In this document: piece by piece, positions 1 to 10,333 of the stretch
Numbering within the stretch: position 1 is the first letter of the stretch
How the letters are laid out: each line of letters begins with the position of its first letter
From: an uncultured Arcobacteraceae bacterium
Lineage (GTDB): Bacteria; Campylobacterota; Campylobacteria; Campylobacterales; Arcobacteraceae
Length of the DNA stretch: 64,000 nt
Direction of reading: 5' to 3'
Assembly: GCA_964022095.1 (NCBI GenBank)
Contig: CAXHZO010000002.1
Location: 160,001 to 224,000 of the forward strand
Program-made: the position numbers and the translations under genes
Notes under the pieces: generated by a model
What the model was told of the DNA's origin: nothing
The model's database searches: none
What the model saw: the letters and a program-made list of their open reading frames with translations, nothing else

Positions 1-2
1 TT

Positions 3-803
3 ATAATTTTTAAAAGAATAGATGAAGCTCAAGGTAATTATAAATTATTAGGTGGAATGTCTCCAATCGTTGGCCATACCAAAAGATTAGTAAGAAGACT
101 TGCAAGAGTTGTTGATGCTGATGTTTTCCACGAAATGAGATATACACCACCATTTGCTGCTACAGTTTTAGAAAAAGTAAAAGATTATGATGAAATATAC
201 GCTATTCCTATGTATCCACACTATTCAAGTACAACTACAAAATCTTCTTATGAAGATTTATTAAAAAATGCAAAGAAACTAGGAATAGACACTAATAAAT
301 TTAAAACTATCGATAAATATTATGATAATACACTATACAACAAAGCGATAGTTGAAAGAATAAAAGAAGCACTCAAAGGTGAAGACTCAAAAGAGTTTGA
401 GCTTGTGTTTTCGGCACATGGTTTAACACAAAGAACAATTGATAAAGGCGATCCTTATCAAAAGCATATTTTAGCAAATGTAGAGTTTGCAAAAAAAGAG
501 CTAGCAGAACAAGGAATTGCTTTTAAAAAGATTCATGTTGCATACCAATCAAGACTAGGGCCATTAGAGTGGTTGAGACCATATATGGAAGATAAATTAA
601 AAGAGATAAAATCAAAAGTAATTATCTATCCTATATCATTTACAGTTGATAATTCAGAGACAGAATTTGAGCTAGATATTGAGTATAAAGAAGTAGCAGA
701 TGAATTAGGAATAAAAGATTATAGAGTTGCAAAAACTCCTAATCATCATCCAAGTTTTTTAGCAGCCTTAAAAGGTATCTATGAGGACATGAAAGCCTCA
801 TAA
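3..803 (+). CDS. hemH: Ferrochelatase, 5' end outside window
   Basis: Frame is open from base 3 (IIFKRIDEAQGNYKLLGGMSP). Motifs PMYPHYSSTT, FSAHG, YQSRLGPLEWLRP, FTVDNSETEFELD. Confidence 0.93.
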   Translation: MIFKRIDEAQGNYKLLGGMSPIVGHTKRLVRRLARVVDADVFHEMRYTPPFAATVLEKVKDYDEIYAIPMYPHYSSTTTKSSYEDLLKNAKKLGIDTNKFKTIDKYYDNTLYNKAIVERIKEALKGEDSKEFELVFSAHGLTQRTIDKGDPYQKHILANVEFAKKELAEQGIAFKKIHVAYQSRLGPLEWLRPYMEDKLKEIKSKVIIYPISFTVDNSETEFELDIEYKEVADELGIKDYRVAKTPNHHPSFLAALKGIYEDMKAS

Positions 804-1382
804 ATCAAGATATATATCAACATCATTGATAGTATCTATATCAATTGATTGTTTCTTACTTAATACAACATTTGTGCAAGGATTATTTTTAAGAATCTTC
901 TTTGCACCTTTGTCTTTATTTAATTTTATTAATTCATTATAATAGTTTTTAGGAAAAATAGCAGGAACGCTTGATTCACTTATATGTTCATATTTTGAAG
1001 CAATTATAGTTTTATTATCTATATTATCTTTTAATTGTTTTATATGCTCTTGTGTTATAAAAGGTTGATCACAAAGTAAGATTAAAGTATTTTCATACTC
1101 AATAGTATGCTTTATTCCAAAAGATATAGATGAACCTATTCCTTTTTCATAATTTTTATTGAACAAGATAGTTACATTAAAGTGTTTTATCTCTTTTTCA
1201 CAAGTTTCTCTCTTATGTCCAAGTACTACAAAAACATCCTTTGAAACACTCAGGGCTTTTTTTATAGAAGTTTCTAAAAATGTCTCACCATCTATTTTTA
1301 AAAGTTGCTTTGTAATACTTCCAAGACGTGAAGACTTACCCGCTGCTAGTATAATTACTGCTAGTTTTTTAGATTTTGCCAT
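798..1382 (-). CDS. mocA: Molybdenum cofactor cytidylyltransferase-like nucleotidyltransferase
   Basis: ILAAGKSSRLG, LCDQP and DIDT motifs; last gene of a molybdoenzyme cluster. Start moved to ATG 1382 (MAKSKK). Confidence 0.8.
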   Translation of the reverse strand: MAKSKKLAVIILAAGKSSRLGSITKQLLKIDGETFLETSIKKALSVSKDVFVVLGHKRETCEKEIKHFNVTILFNKNYEKGIGSSISFGIKHTIEYENTLILLCDQPFITQEHIKQLKDNIDNKTIIASKYEHISESSVPAIFPKNYYNELIKLNKDKGAKKILKNNPCTNVVLSKKQSIDIDTINDVDIYLDL

Positions 1383-2151
1383 TTTTTTTAGCCTCAATTT
1401 GTGCACAAATTGAAAGAGCAATTGATTGTGGAGTATGACTTCCTATATTTATACCAACTGGTGCAAAAAATCTATCATCATTTTCTAAATCAAATTGTTG
1501 CTTTTTTCTTTGCATATTTTTTTTATTTCCCATTAATCCAATATAGTTCATATCAGTTTTTAGTAAAGCTTGTAAATATGTATCATCAGTTTTGGGACTA
1601 TGACTTAAAATAACAGAAGACTCATAAGAGCTTAAGTCCATAGTTAAAATGTCTTCTAGGTTCTTAAGTTCTATTGTTTCATCAGCTTGTGATACAAACT
1701 CTTTTTTTATATTAATATCAATCACAGTTGTTTTCCATCCCATTATATTAGCAATTGATATCAAAGCAGTTACATGAGCACCACTTCCAAAAATAAGTAA
1801 AGAGTAGGGTGCTATTATATACTTGTTGATATTTTCATAATTATTTTTATAAAAGTATGGTTCTGTTTGATATTTACTACTACCATGTCCTGAAGATTCA
1901 TCTTGTGCAATTGATTCGAAATATTGAATTGTTTTTGATTCTAAGGCAAGTTTCGAAGACTCTTTTATTTTATTTTGTAAGAAATTACTTCCTAAAACAC
2001 CTGTAAACTCTCCTTTAGAGTTTACAAGCATAATATTTCCAGATTTTGTAAAAGTTGATCCAACAGTTTCAACAACAGTTGTAACAACTACATCTAGTTT
2101 TTCTCTTTTTGAGTTTTCTAAAAACTTTTGAAATTGTTTATTTCTAAACAT
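1369..2151 (-). CDS. xdhC: XdhC/CoxI family Moco-insertion accessory protein
   Basis: TVVETVGST N-terminus, LLIFGSGAH, YIGLMG, APVGINIGSHTPQSIALSICAQI. Confidence 0.85.
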   Translation of the reverse strand: MFRNKQFQKFLENSKREKLDVVVTTVVETVGSTFTKSGNIMLVNSKGEFTGVLGSNFLQNKIKESSKLALESKTIQYFESIAQDESSGHGSSKYQTEPYFYKNNYENINKYIIAPYSLLIFGSGAHVTALISIANIMGWKTTVIDINIKKEFVSQADETIELKNLEDILTMDLSSYESSVILSHSPKTDDTYLQALLKTDMNYIGLMGNKKNMQRKKQQFDLENDDRFFAPVGINIGSHTPQSIALSICAQIEAKKNGKI

Positions 2152-2154
2152 TTA

Positions 2155-4296
2155 TTATCCTAGTTTAATAGGAAACTTTGTATATCTTTTCCCTGTTGCA
2201 TCGTGAAGTGCATTCATTATTGCTGCAAACATTGGAGGAACACCAACTTCACCTATACCACCTACTTTTTCACTAGAATTGATAATCTCAACATTGATAC
2301 TTTCAGGAGCATCTGTTATTCTATTTACTTTATAGTCATAGAAGTTGTTTTGATTTACTGCACCGTTTGTAAGTGTGATTTCACTATATTTTGTATACCC
2401 AATAGTAAAATTAACTGCACTTTCGATTTGATTTTCTACATTTAATGGGTTAAATGCATATCCACAATCAACAGCTGACCAAACGTGTTGTACTTTGTAG
2501 TCATTGTCTTCAACTTTTACTTTTACAACCATTGCAACTATACTTCCAAAAGACTCTGCAATAGCTACACCATAACCACTATTTTTTTCTCTTTTATACC
2601 AGTTAGATTGTTTTGCTACATTTTTAAGAAGATTTACAAATCTTGGGTTTTCTAAGTTTTTTATTCTAAAATCAAGTGGATCCATATCAACAGAATACGC
2701 AGCTTGATCAATGATATTTTCAACAATCGGAGCAGAAGTTGTGTGTCCAACAGATCTTAGCCAGTCAACTGTTACTGGGCTTTGAGGACAAAATGATTTA
2801 ATATCATGACTTGCTACAGTATATGGATGGTTATCTAAACCTTCTCTTTGAAGTGCATCAATTCCATCTTTAAACATAAAGGCTTCAAAAGGTGTACCTT
2901 GAGTTAAAGATTGGTTTACAAGATTTGATTTAAGTGCTGTAATTTTACCTTCTTTATCAACTGCAATTTTTGCACTACTAATTGTAAGTGGTCTAAAACT
3001 TCCACCTTTTACATCATCTTCTCTTGTCCATAACATCATTACTGGCCATGGCTCATCTTTAGCTGTATAAGCTGCATCAACTATGAAATCAGAGTTTGGA
3101 GTTGATCTTCTACCAAAACTACCACCTAAATAGTTTGTATAGTACTCAATATTTTCAGGATTTACTCCTAAAATCTTCGCACAAGTACCTCTATATAAAG
3201 TTTGTAATTGACCACCAACAGACATATAAGCTTTATCACCTTTATGGTGAATTGTACAGTTTAATGGCTCCATAGCAGCATGTGCTAAGAATGGAAAGTA
3301 ATAATCAGCTTCTTCAATTTTATATGCATTATCAAATGCTTTTTTTGTATCACCATCACTTCTCATGACTTTCATATCTTTTTCGTAGTGAGCTTTATAC
3401 TCTTTTTCTAAATCAGCATCACTGATTTTTGCGAACTCACCTAAATCCCAATCAACTTTTACTTTTTCTATAGCTTGTTTTGCTTGGTACCATCTATCTG
3501 AAAAGATTGCAATTTTATTGTTTGGTAGTTGTTTGATTTTTATAATACCTGGCATCTTTTTAGCTTCTGTGTCATCATAGCTTTTTATTTTTGCACCAAA
3601 TACTTTTGGATGAATAATCGCAGCATATTTCATATCAGGAAGTCTAACATCAATACCAAAAATACCTTTACCAGTTAATTTTTCATTTACTTCGATTGGA
3701 TGTCTTTTCATTGGCTTACCAATTAGTGTGTATTCACTCGATTTCTTTAGTTTAACATCACTTGGAAGTTCCATTTTTTTTATATCTTCAATTAAACTAC
3801 CATACGATAGTTTCTCTTTTGTTCTTTTGTTTATTACAAATGAGTCTTTTGTTTCAATATCATATAATCTTACTTGCCATTTTTTAGCTGCTGCTTGTTT
3901 AAGCATTAATCTTAATGTTGCACCAACTTTTCTAACTCTTTGTTGTTGAGTCTTAATACTCATAGAACCGCCAGTTAACATCATAGGCATTCCAGGGATA
4001 TTATATACAGCTTTTACAGGAGCTGGTTCAAAAATGATTTCATCCCATGCTGCATCTAATTCATCAGCTATACACATAGCCATAGTTGAATATGTACCTT
4101 GTCCCATTTCTACTTGACCAAGTATAAATGTAATAGTGTTATCTTTATCAATTTTGATAAATGCATTTGGTTCTATAACTTCTGGTTTCTTTTCAACTTT
4201 TGCGGCCATTCCTTTTATAGGGATATTAAAACCAATAACAAAAGCTGAACCTAATAGCGTACTATTTTTTATAAATTCTCTTCTATTTGAATTCAT
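2155..4296 (-). CDS. Xanthine dehydrogenase-family molybdopterin subunit (IorB/aldehyde oxidoreductase-like) with Tat signal
   Basis: NRREFIK twin-arginine leader; VEMGQG, TGGSMSI, HAAMEPLNC, GGSFGRR, WLRSVGH, GGIGEVGVPP. Confidence 0.9.
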   Translation of the reverse strand: MNSNRREFIKNSTLLGSAFVIGFNIPIKGMAAKVEKKPEVIEPNAFIKIDKDNTITFILGQVEMGQGTYSTMAMCIADELDAAWDEIIFEPAPVKAVYNIPGMPMMLTGGSMSIKTQQQRVRKVGATLRLMLKQAAAKKWQVRLYDIETKDSFVINKRTKEKLSYGSLIEDIKKMELPSDVKLKKSSEYTLIGKPMKRHPIEVNEKLTGKGIFGIDVRLPDMKYAAIIHPKVFGAKIKSYDDTEAKKMPGIIKIKQLPNNKIAIFSDRWYQAKQAIEKVKVDWDLGEFAKISDADLEKEYKAHYEKDMKVMRSDGDTKKAFDNAYKIEEADYYFPFLAHAAMEPLNCTIHHKGDKAYMSVGGQLQTLYRGTCAKILGVNPENIEYYTNYLGGSFGRRSTPNSDFIVDAAYTAKDEPWPVMMLWTREDDVKGGSFRPLTISSAKIAVDKEGKITALKSNLVNQSLTQGTPFEAFMFKDGIDALQREGLDNHPYTVASHDIKSFCPQSPVTVDWLRSVGHTTSAPIVENIIDQAAYSVDMDPLDFRIKNLENPRFVNLLKNVAKQSNWYKREKNSGYGVAIAESFGSIVAMVVKVKVEDNDYKVQHVWSAVDCGYAFNPLNVENQIESAVNFTIGYTKYSEITLTNGAVNQNNFYDYKVNRITDAPESINVEIINSSEKVGGIGEVGVPPMFAAIMNALHDATGKRYTKFPIKLG

Positions 4297-4299
4297 TTT

Positions 4300-4752
4300 T
4301 TACCCCTTTGCCACAGCAGTTACAGCTGTTAAGATTTTGTTATAAGTTCCACATCTACAAACATTTCCATCCATTGAAGATAATATCTCATCTTTTGATG
4401 GATTACTGTTTGATTTTAATAAACTAGTTGCATTCATGATTTGTCCAGGTTGACAGTAGCCACACTGAGCTACATCATGCGTTTTCCATTGAGTTCTTAA
4501 GGCATTGATCTCTTTATCTTTGTCATTTTCTATTGTAATGATATTTTTTTTGTAAGCTTGACTAATAGGAGTTGAACAACTTCTAATAGCTTTATCATCT
4601 AGTAACACAGTACATGCACCACACATACCAACCCCACATCCAAACTTAGTTCCAGTCATATCTAGATAATCTCTAAGTACCCATAAAATTGGTGTATCTT
4701 CTGGAATATCTTTTAATTCATACTTTTTATCATTTATATTTATATATTGCAT
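4300..4752 (-). CDS. 2x[2Fe-2S] small subunit (IorA/CoxS-like)
   Basis: GTKFGCGVGMCGACTV, QCGYCQPG, CRCGTY. Confidence 0.93.
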   Translation of the reverse strand: MQYININDKKYELKDIPEDTPILWVLRDYLDMTGTKFGCGVGMCGACTVLLDDKAIRSCSTPISQAYKKNIITIENDKDKEINALRTQWKTHDVAQCGYCQPGQIMNATSLLKSNSNPSKDEILSSMDGNVCRCGTYNKILTAVTAVAKG

Positions 4753-4857
4753 GGTTTTTCCTTTTTAATGAAAATCATTTCCATTATTAGTATATATAAA
4801 TTAAAGATATATGTATAGAACAATATCCTAAAATGATTGCCTATTTCTATAAATTTT

Positions 4858-4866
4858 TGATATAAT
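4858..4866 (+). promoter_or_regulatory. Extended -10 promoter of the AraC gene
   Basis: TGATATAAT followed by AGGAG RBS and ATG 4885. Confidence 0.6.
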
Positions 4867-4884
4867 CAATTTTTAGGAGTTAAA

Positions 4885-5778
4885 ATGAATAAACATTTAT
4901 TACCTGTAAATCTAATATCTTACATAGAAAACTTTTGTAAAGAAGATGGGCTTCATGATACAAAAATTCCATCGCTAAAGTTTTATACAACCACTGAAAA
5001 ATCAGAGTTCCAAAGCATAATTTATGAACCATCAATTTGTATTGCACTTCAAGGTGAAAAGGCTGTTGGTTTTGGTGATGATATGTATAGTTACAACTCT
5101 TCAAAGTATTTATTAACTTGTACAAATGTACCAGCAGACATAAAAATCAAAACAGCATCAAAGCAGACTCCTTATGTATCTTTAGTATTAAGTTTTTCTT
5201 TAGAGGAAATTTATGAAGTTATTAAAGATGCAAATGAAATATTGTCAAAAAGTATAAAAAAAATCCAAAATCCCTTACGTTTTAATAAGTTAGATAATAC
5301 TCTTTTAGAACCAGTTTATAGACTAGTACAAATTTTAGATAAACCACAAAAAATGATTGATTTTATGTATCCTTTAATTAAAAAAGAGATTATCTATATT
5401 TTACTTCAAAATGATAAGGATTTTTTGAAAAATTATGTAATGGAAGGTACATTAACGAATCATATAGTAAAAGCTATTAGTGAAATAAAAAACAATTTTA
5501 ATAACTCTATAAATATGGCAAATTTAGCAAAAGATATTGGTATAAGTGAAGCATCACTTTATCAAAACTTTAAAAAAGTTACTTCAATGAGTCCTTTGCA
5601 GTATCAAAAGAAAATAAGATTAGAAGAAGCTAAGCAGATGCTTTTAAGCAAAAATATCGAAGCTAGTGAAGTTGCATTTTCTGTGGGGTATGAAAGTCCA
5701 TCTCAGTTTAGTAGAGAGTATTCACGAATGTATGGAATGTCTCCAAAAGCTCATAGTGAGTATTTAAGACAGGTATAA
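4885..5778 (+). CDS. AraC family regulator (AraC_N/YqhC-like)
   Basis: IYEPSICIALQGEK N-domain; SPLQYQKKIRL and VGYESPSQFSREYSRMYG HTH. Divergent from the ior cluster. Confidence 0.9.
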   Translation: MNKHLLPVNLISYIENFCKEDGLHDTKIPSLKFYTTTEKSEFQSIIYEPSICIALQGEKAVGFGDDMYSYNSSKYLLTCTNVPADIKIKTASKQTPYVSLVLSFSLEEIYEVIKDANEILSKSIKKIQNPLRFNKLDNTLLEPVYRLVQILDKPQKMIDFMYPLIKKEIIYILLQNDKDFLKNYVMEGTLTNHIVKAISEIKNNFNNSINMANLAKDIGISEASLYQNFKKVTSMSPLQYQKKIRLEEAKQMLLSKNIEASEVAFSVGYESPSQFSREYSRMYGMSPKAHSEYLRQV

Positions 5779-5805
5779 AAAATAGAAGTTTAACTTCTAT
5801 TTTTT
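5777..5805. terminator. Bidirectional intrinsic terminator
   Basis: 14-bp inverted repeat AAAAAATAGAAGTT/AACTTCTATTTTTT between convergent genes. Confidence 0.8.
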
Positions 5806-7075
5806 ATCTTCTGAAGCTTCTACCTTCATCTCTTTTAGTAGTTTTCTTTTTTTTAGGTCCTCTTTTAGCTACTTTTTCTCTATTTCCAGCTTTTTTTTCA
5901 CTAAGTTTTTTCTGTTTGTATTTGATTAGTCTTGGTTTTTTTTCTGTTGGTTCAAAATCTTCGAAAGTCTCTCTTCCTAAATCTAAAATTAACTCTTTTT
6001 CAATATCTTTCATCATTCTATAATCTTTTACACTAAGAAGTGTAACAGCAGTTCCTGGATTTCCAGCACGTCCAGTTCTTCCAATTCTATGAGTATAATC
6101 AGCAATTGTTTCTGGAAGTTCAAAGTTTACTACAAGTGGAAGCATTTCTATATCAATACCTCGAGCTGCAATATCAGTTGCAACAAGTACTCTGATTTCT
6201 CCTTCTTTAAACTTTCTTAATGCCTTGGCTCTTGCAGATTGTCTTACATCACCATGAATACAAGCAGCTGATAATCCGTCAAGTTCAAAATGTCTAACAA
6301 GTGCATCTGCTATTTTTTTAGTATTAACAAATACTAAAACTTGTTGATAATTTTCAGAACCAATTAAGTATGAAAGTAGGGGAGCCTTATCATTTGGATC
6401 AACTTCAATAACTTTTTGTTCAATAATATCAACACTACTTCTTTGGTTTACTACTTCAACTACTGCTGGATCTGTTAAGAACTCTTTTGCTAATTTCTTA
6501 ACATTTTGATTTAGTGTTGCAGAGAACATCATAATTTGTCTATTAGGACCAACATTTGGTAAAATGGCTTCTAAGTCTTCTAAAAAGCCCATTGCTAAGA
6601 TTGTATCAACTTCATCGATAACTACATGAGTAATACTTGATAAATCTATAGTATTGTTTCTTAAATGCTCCATTAATCTACCAGTTGTAGCAACAACAAT
6701 ATCCAAGCCATTTGCAATTTTTTTTTCTTGGTCTTTTAGTGAAACTCCACCAAAAATTGTAGTACTTTTAATATTTATATGTTTACTAAAATCTTCTGTT
6801 GCAGTTGCTATTTGTTTTGCAAGTTCTCTTGTTGGTGTAATAACTAAGGCTCTTAATACTGGAATCTCTGTTCTTGTTTCCACAAGATTATTTAATATAG
6901 GTAATAAAAAAGCTGCTGTTTTACCAGAACCACTTTGTGCAGTTCCTAGTATATCTTTACCTTTCATTGCGATTGGTATAGCTTTTGTTTGAATTTCTGT
7001 TGGTTTATCATAACCTAATTCTTCAATAGCTTTTATAATATTTATATCTAATTTATTTTCATTAAAAGTTTTGAT
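5804..7075 (-). CDS. DEAD-box RNA helicase (RhlE-like); probable ATC start at 7075
   Basis: AQSGSGKT, PTRELA, DEVD, SAT, ARGID, HRIGRTGRAG. The Q-motif (F..GYDKPTEIQTKAIP) lies in-frame upstream of the called ATG 6967. Confidence 0.9.
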   Translation of the reverse strand: MKTFNENKLDINIIKAIEELGYDKPTEIQTKAIPIAMKGKDILGTAQSGSGKTAAFLLPILNNLVETRTEIPVLRALVITPTRELAKQIATATEDFSKHINIKSTTIFGGVSLKDQEKKIANGLDIVVATTGRLMEHLRNNTIDLSSITHVVIDEVDTILAMGFLEDLEAILPNVGPNRQIMMFSATLNQNVKKLAKEFLTDPAVVEVVNQRSSVDIIEQKVIEVDPNDKAPLLSYLIGSENYQQVLVFVNTKKIADALVRHFELDGLSAACIHGDVRQSARAKALRKFKEGEIRVLVATDIAARGIDIEMLPLVVNFELPETIADYTHRIGRTGRAGNPGTAVTLLSVKDYRMMKDIEKELILDLGRETFEDFEPTEKKPRLIKYKQKKLSEKKAGNREKVAKRGPKKKKTTKRDEGRSFRR

Positions 7076-7151
7076 GAAATATTCCTTTTGTCATCTAAAT
7101 TTTTTTCGTATAATAGCGAAAATTAAGAAAAAAAGAAAATAGAAAAAGATT

Positions 7152-10100
7152 TTACTTTTTTAATATAATTTTTAAGCATGCACCTCTTAGTTTTTTATCA
7201 TCAATTGTAAACTCTTCATTATGAACTGATAGGTCAAATTTATGTTTTTCTCTTAATATTTTATCTGCCATTGATAATCCAAGGCCAGTACCTATTGATT
7301 GGTGTTTTGTTGTAAAATAAGGATCAAAGATTTTATTAATGATTTTTTCATCTATTCCTCCTGCTGAGTCTAAAATTGATAACTCAAGAGAATTACTATT
7401 TATTTGAATAGTTTTAATTAAAATATATCTATTTGATTCTGAAATTGCATTTGATTTTAAAAATCCAATTGAATTATTTAAAATATTAATTAATGATTGT
7501 TGTAATTCATTTTTATTTCCATTTATTTGCATATCATCTTTGATCTGAGAAATTACATTTATATAGTTGTTTTTAATAGATGAATCAATTATACTAAGTG
7601 TTTCTTTTATAATATTACTAACAAAAACTAATTTAAACTCTTCATCTTTTTTGATAAAGTTTCTGAAATCATCAATTGTTTTTGAAAGATAAAAAGTTTG
7701 TTCTATTATTTTATCTGTAGCTTCTTTTATGCTTTCTTCATCTTTGTCTTTATCTAATTCTATTGATAGTTTTATTCCACTTGCAATAGTACTAATTACA
7801 CTTAGTGGTTGTCTCCATTGGTGTGCAATATTTCCTATCATTTCACCCATTGATGCAAGTCTTGATTGATTTTCTAGTATTTTCATTGAAGTAATGTCTT
7901 TTATAATAAGTAAGAATTTTTCTTGATTTGGCATTAATGTTATACTCATATCTATAGAAATTCTTCTATTATTAGCAACAATTGATTCTTTTTGAAAATT
8001 TTGGATATTTCCTTTTTTGATTGCCTTTTGGATAAGAAACTTCATCTTCTCTTTTAACTCAGGTACTGTTAAATCTAAACTCGATTTTTTTATTAACTCA
8101 TCTTTTGAAAAACCAGTAATATTTAAATATGCATCATTAAATTCTAAGAAATTTGTATCTAAATCTGTTATTGCAATACCATCACTACTAAATTTAAATA
8201 TAGATTCAAACTCTGTTTTTTGTGCAAGTATTAGTTTTTGTGTATTCTCTTTTTCTGTTATATCAATACCTATTGTTGCTAAATAATCCATTTGGCCATT
8301 TTCTTTTTTAACAAGCAAGTTTGACCACTCAAATACTCTTTCTTCTCCAGTTTTAGAAATCCAACTATTTTTGAAGAATTTAACAATATTGCCTTTTTTT
8401 GCTTCTTGAATAATCTCAATGCATTTTTCTTTTTTATCTTCAGGTAAAAACTTTTTCCAAAAATATGGCTTACTTGCAATTTCTTTTTGAGTGTATCCAC
8501 TAAAATCTTGTGCATATTTATTTACTTTAAACATGACCCCATCACTATTTATTACAGCAATAATTGCATTTGAGTTATCTATGATTGTTGATGTGAAGTC
8601 TCTTTGTTTAATAATTTCATTTTCTAATTCTTTTTCTTTTGTAATATCTTTTATTATAGAAAATAAAATATTCCCTTTTTCTGTTTCAATTGGAGAAGAT
8701 TGTACTTCAACAGTTTTTATACTTCCATCTTTTAGTTTATGAGGAAAATAAAAAGTATTTTCACTGTAGTTTTTAGCTTTATTTATACTTTCTTTAATTT
8801 TATCTTTTGATTGGGTATTTATTTGATTGATATTCATACTTATGAATTCATCATAACTATAACCATAAAAATTACTCGCACTTAAGTTTGCATTAATTAT
8901 ATTCCCATTTCTAGGATCAATTAAAAGCATTATAGAGTTATGTGTTTTAAACATATTTTCAAATTGATTTTTTACAAGCTTAATATCCTCTAGAAGTTTT
9001 CTTTGTTTTGTTATTTCAGTGTGAATACCAATCATTCTTAATGGTTGGTTGTTTTCATCTTTTTTTACAACAATGCCTCTATCTAAAATCCATTTGTAAG
9101 TATTATCTTTACATAAGATTTGATGCTCACTTTCATAATAAGGAGTTAAACCTTTTTGATGATCTATTATTTTTCTAGTTACTTCATCTATTTGTGTAGG
9201 ATTAACTCTTTTTTTCCATTCTTCTAAAGTATTTCCAATTTCATACTCTTCAAATCCAAGCATATTTTTCCATTGTTTAGAAAAATAGACTTCATTTGTT
9301 TCTATATCCCAATCCCAAAGTCCATCGCCTGTTCCATCAACAGCGAATTTCCATCTAAATTCACTATCTTCTAGCTTTTTGTGATATTTTTTTAGCAAGT
9401 ATTGTCGATAAATTAAAAAACATATAATTATTAAAAATACTGAAAGTATTATATAGTTTGTTGTATTGTCGATTTTTTTTGATTCTTTTGAGTAAATCCA
9501 TTTGTTAATTATATTTTCTTTTGTTGTTGTATCAATATTTTTAATTAGTTTATTTAAAATAGGAATAATCTCTTTTGATTGTGAATTTACCATAATTTGT
9601 AAATCAAAAGCAATTTGCTTGTCATTATTAATTTTAATACCAATGTTTTGATTTTGGTTTATATGATAAAATAAAACGGGTTTAATATCACTTACTCCAA
9701 ATACTTTACCTTTTGATAATAAGGCTAATGCTTCTTGTGTATTTTTAACAGGAATAAGTTTTATATTTGGATAGTACTGTTTTAATAATTTATAGGCTGT
9801 GAAGTCTTTTCCCACAGCAACCATTTCACCTGCAAGGTCATTAAAGTTATTGATTTTTTTATTAGTTGCAATTGATAATGGAAAAGTAGCATATGGAGTC
9901 GAAAAAGTGGCATATTCTTCCCTATCTTTTGTAGAAGATGTTGAAATGATTACACCTTGTGCATCATTTTTTACTTTTTGTAGTGAATCTGAAAATCTTT
10001 CAACTTTTATAAATTTGTATTTTAAGTTAGAATAGTTTGATATTTCTTTAATAATATCAATTGCAAGACCTTGTGCAATTTTGCCATTACTAACTGTAAA

Positions 10101-10250
10101 AGGCTCCCAGTTATTGTAGTATATATTTAAAGGAGTATTTTTTAAATATCTGTTCTCTTCTTCTGATAAAATTGCATTAAATGAATCACCATAAATCTTT
10201 GTATGTGATGTTGCAAAAATAATTACTAATATACAAAATATGTATTTCAT
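7152..10250 (-). CDS. Sensor histidine kinase: periplasmic solute-binding domain, TM helix, about four PAS domains, HisKA/HATPase
   Basis: DGLWDWD PAS, MGEMIGNIAHQWRQPL H-box, FDPYFTTK, GTGLGL. Confidence 0.88.
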   Translation of the reverse strand: MKYIFCILVIIFATSHTKIYGDSFNAILSEEENRYLKNTPLNIYYNNWEPFTVSNGKIAQGLAIDIIKEISNYSNLKYKFIKVERFSDSLQKVKNDAQGVIISTSSTKDREEYATFSTPYATFPLSIATNKKINNFNDLAGEMVAVGKDFTAYKLLKQYYPNIKLIPVKNTQEALALLSKGKVFGVSDIKPVLFYHINQNQNIGIKINNDKQIAFDLQIMVNSQSKEIIPILNKLIKNIDTTTKENIINKWIYSKESKKIDNTTNYIILSVFLIIICFLIYRQYLLKKYHKKLEDSEFRWKFAVDGTGDGLWDWDIETNEVYFSKQWKNMLGFEEYEIGNTLEEWKKRVNPTQIDEVTRKIIDHQKGLTPYYESEHQILCKDNTYKWILDRGIVVKKDENNQPLRMIGIHTEITKQRKLLEDIKLVKNQFENMFKTHNSIMLLIDPRNGNIINANLSASNFYGYSYDEFISMNINQINTQSKDKIKESINKAKNYSENTFYFPHKLKDGSIKTVEVQSSPIETEKGNILFSIIKDITKEKELENEIIKQRDFTSTIIDNSNAIIAVINSDGVMFKVNKYAQDFSGYTQKEIASKPYFWKKFLPEDKKEKCIEIIQEAKKGNIVKFFKNSWISKTGEERVFEWSNLLVKKENGQMDYLATIGIDITEKENTQKLILAQKTEFESIFKFSSDGIAITDLDTNFLEFNDAYLNITGFSKDELIKKSSLDLTVPELKEKMKFLIQKAIKKGNIQNFQKESIVANNRRISIDMSITLMPNQEKFLLIIKDITSMKILENQSRLASMGEMIGNIAHQWRQPLSVISTIASGIKLSIELDKDKDEESIKEATDKIIEQTFYLSKTIDDFRNFIKKDEEFKLVFVSNIIKETLSIIDSSIKNNYINVISQIKDDMQINGNKNELQQSLINILNNSIGFLKSNAISESNRYILIKTIQINSNSLELSILDSAGGIDEKIINKIFDPYFTTKHQSIGTGLGLSMADKILREKHKFDLSVHNEEFTIDDKKLRGACLKIILKK

Positions 10251-10333
10251 TTAATCAGCCCTAAAATATGATAATTAATTATAACAATATAATATTAAAT
10301 CATTATATAATTAGGCTGACTATTAGATGTTTA

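Noticed and set aside
4753-4884. Possible Moco riboswitch before iorA
   Set aside because: No GC-rich conserved structure; the region is filled by divergent promoters.
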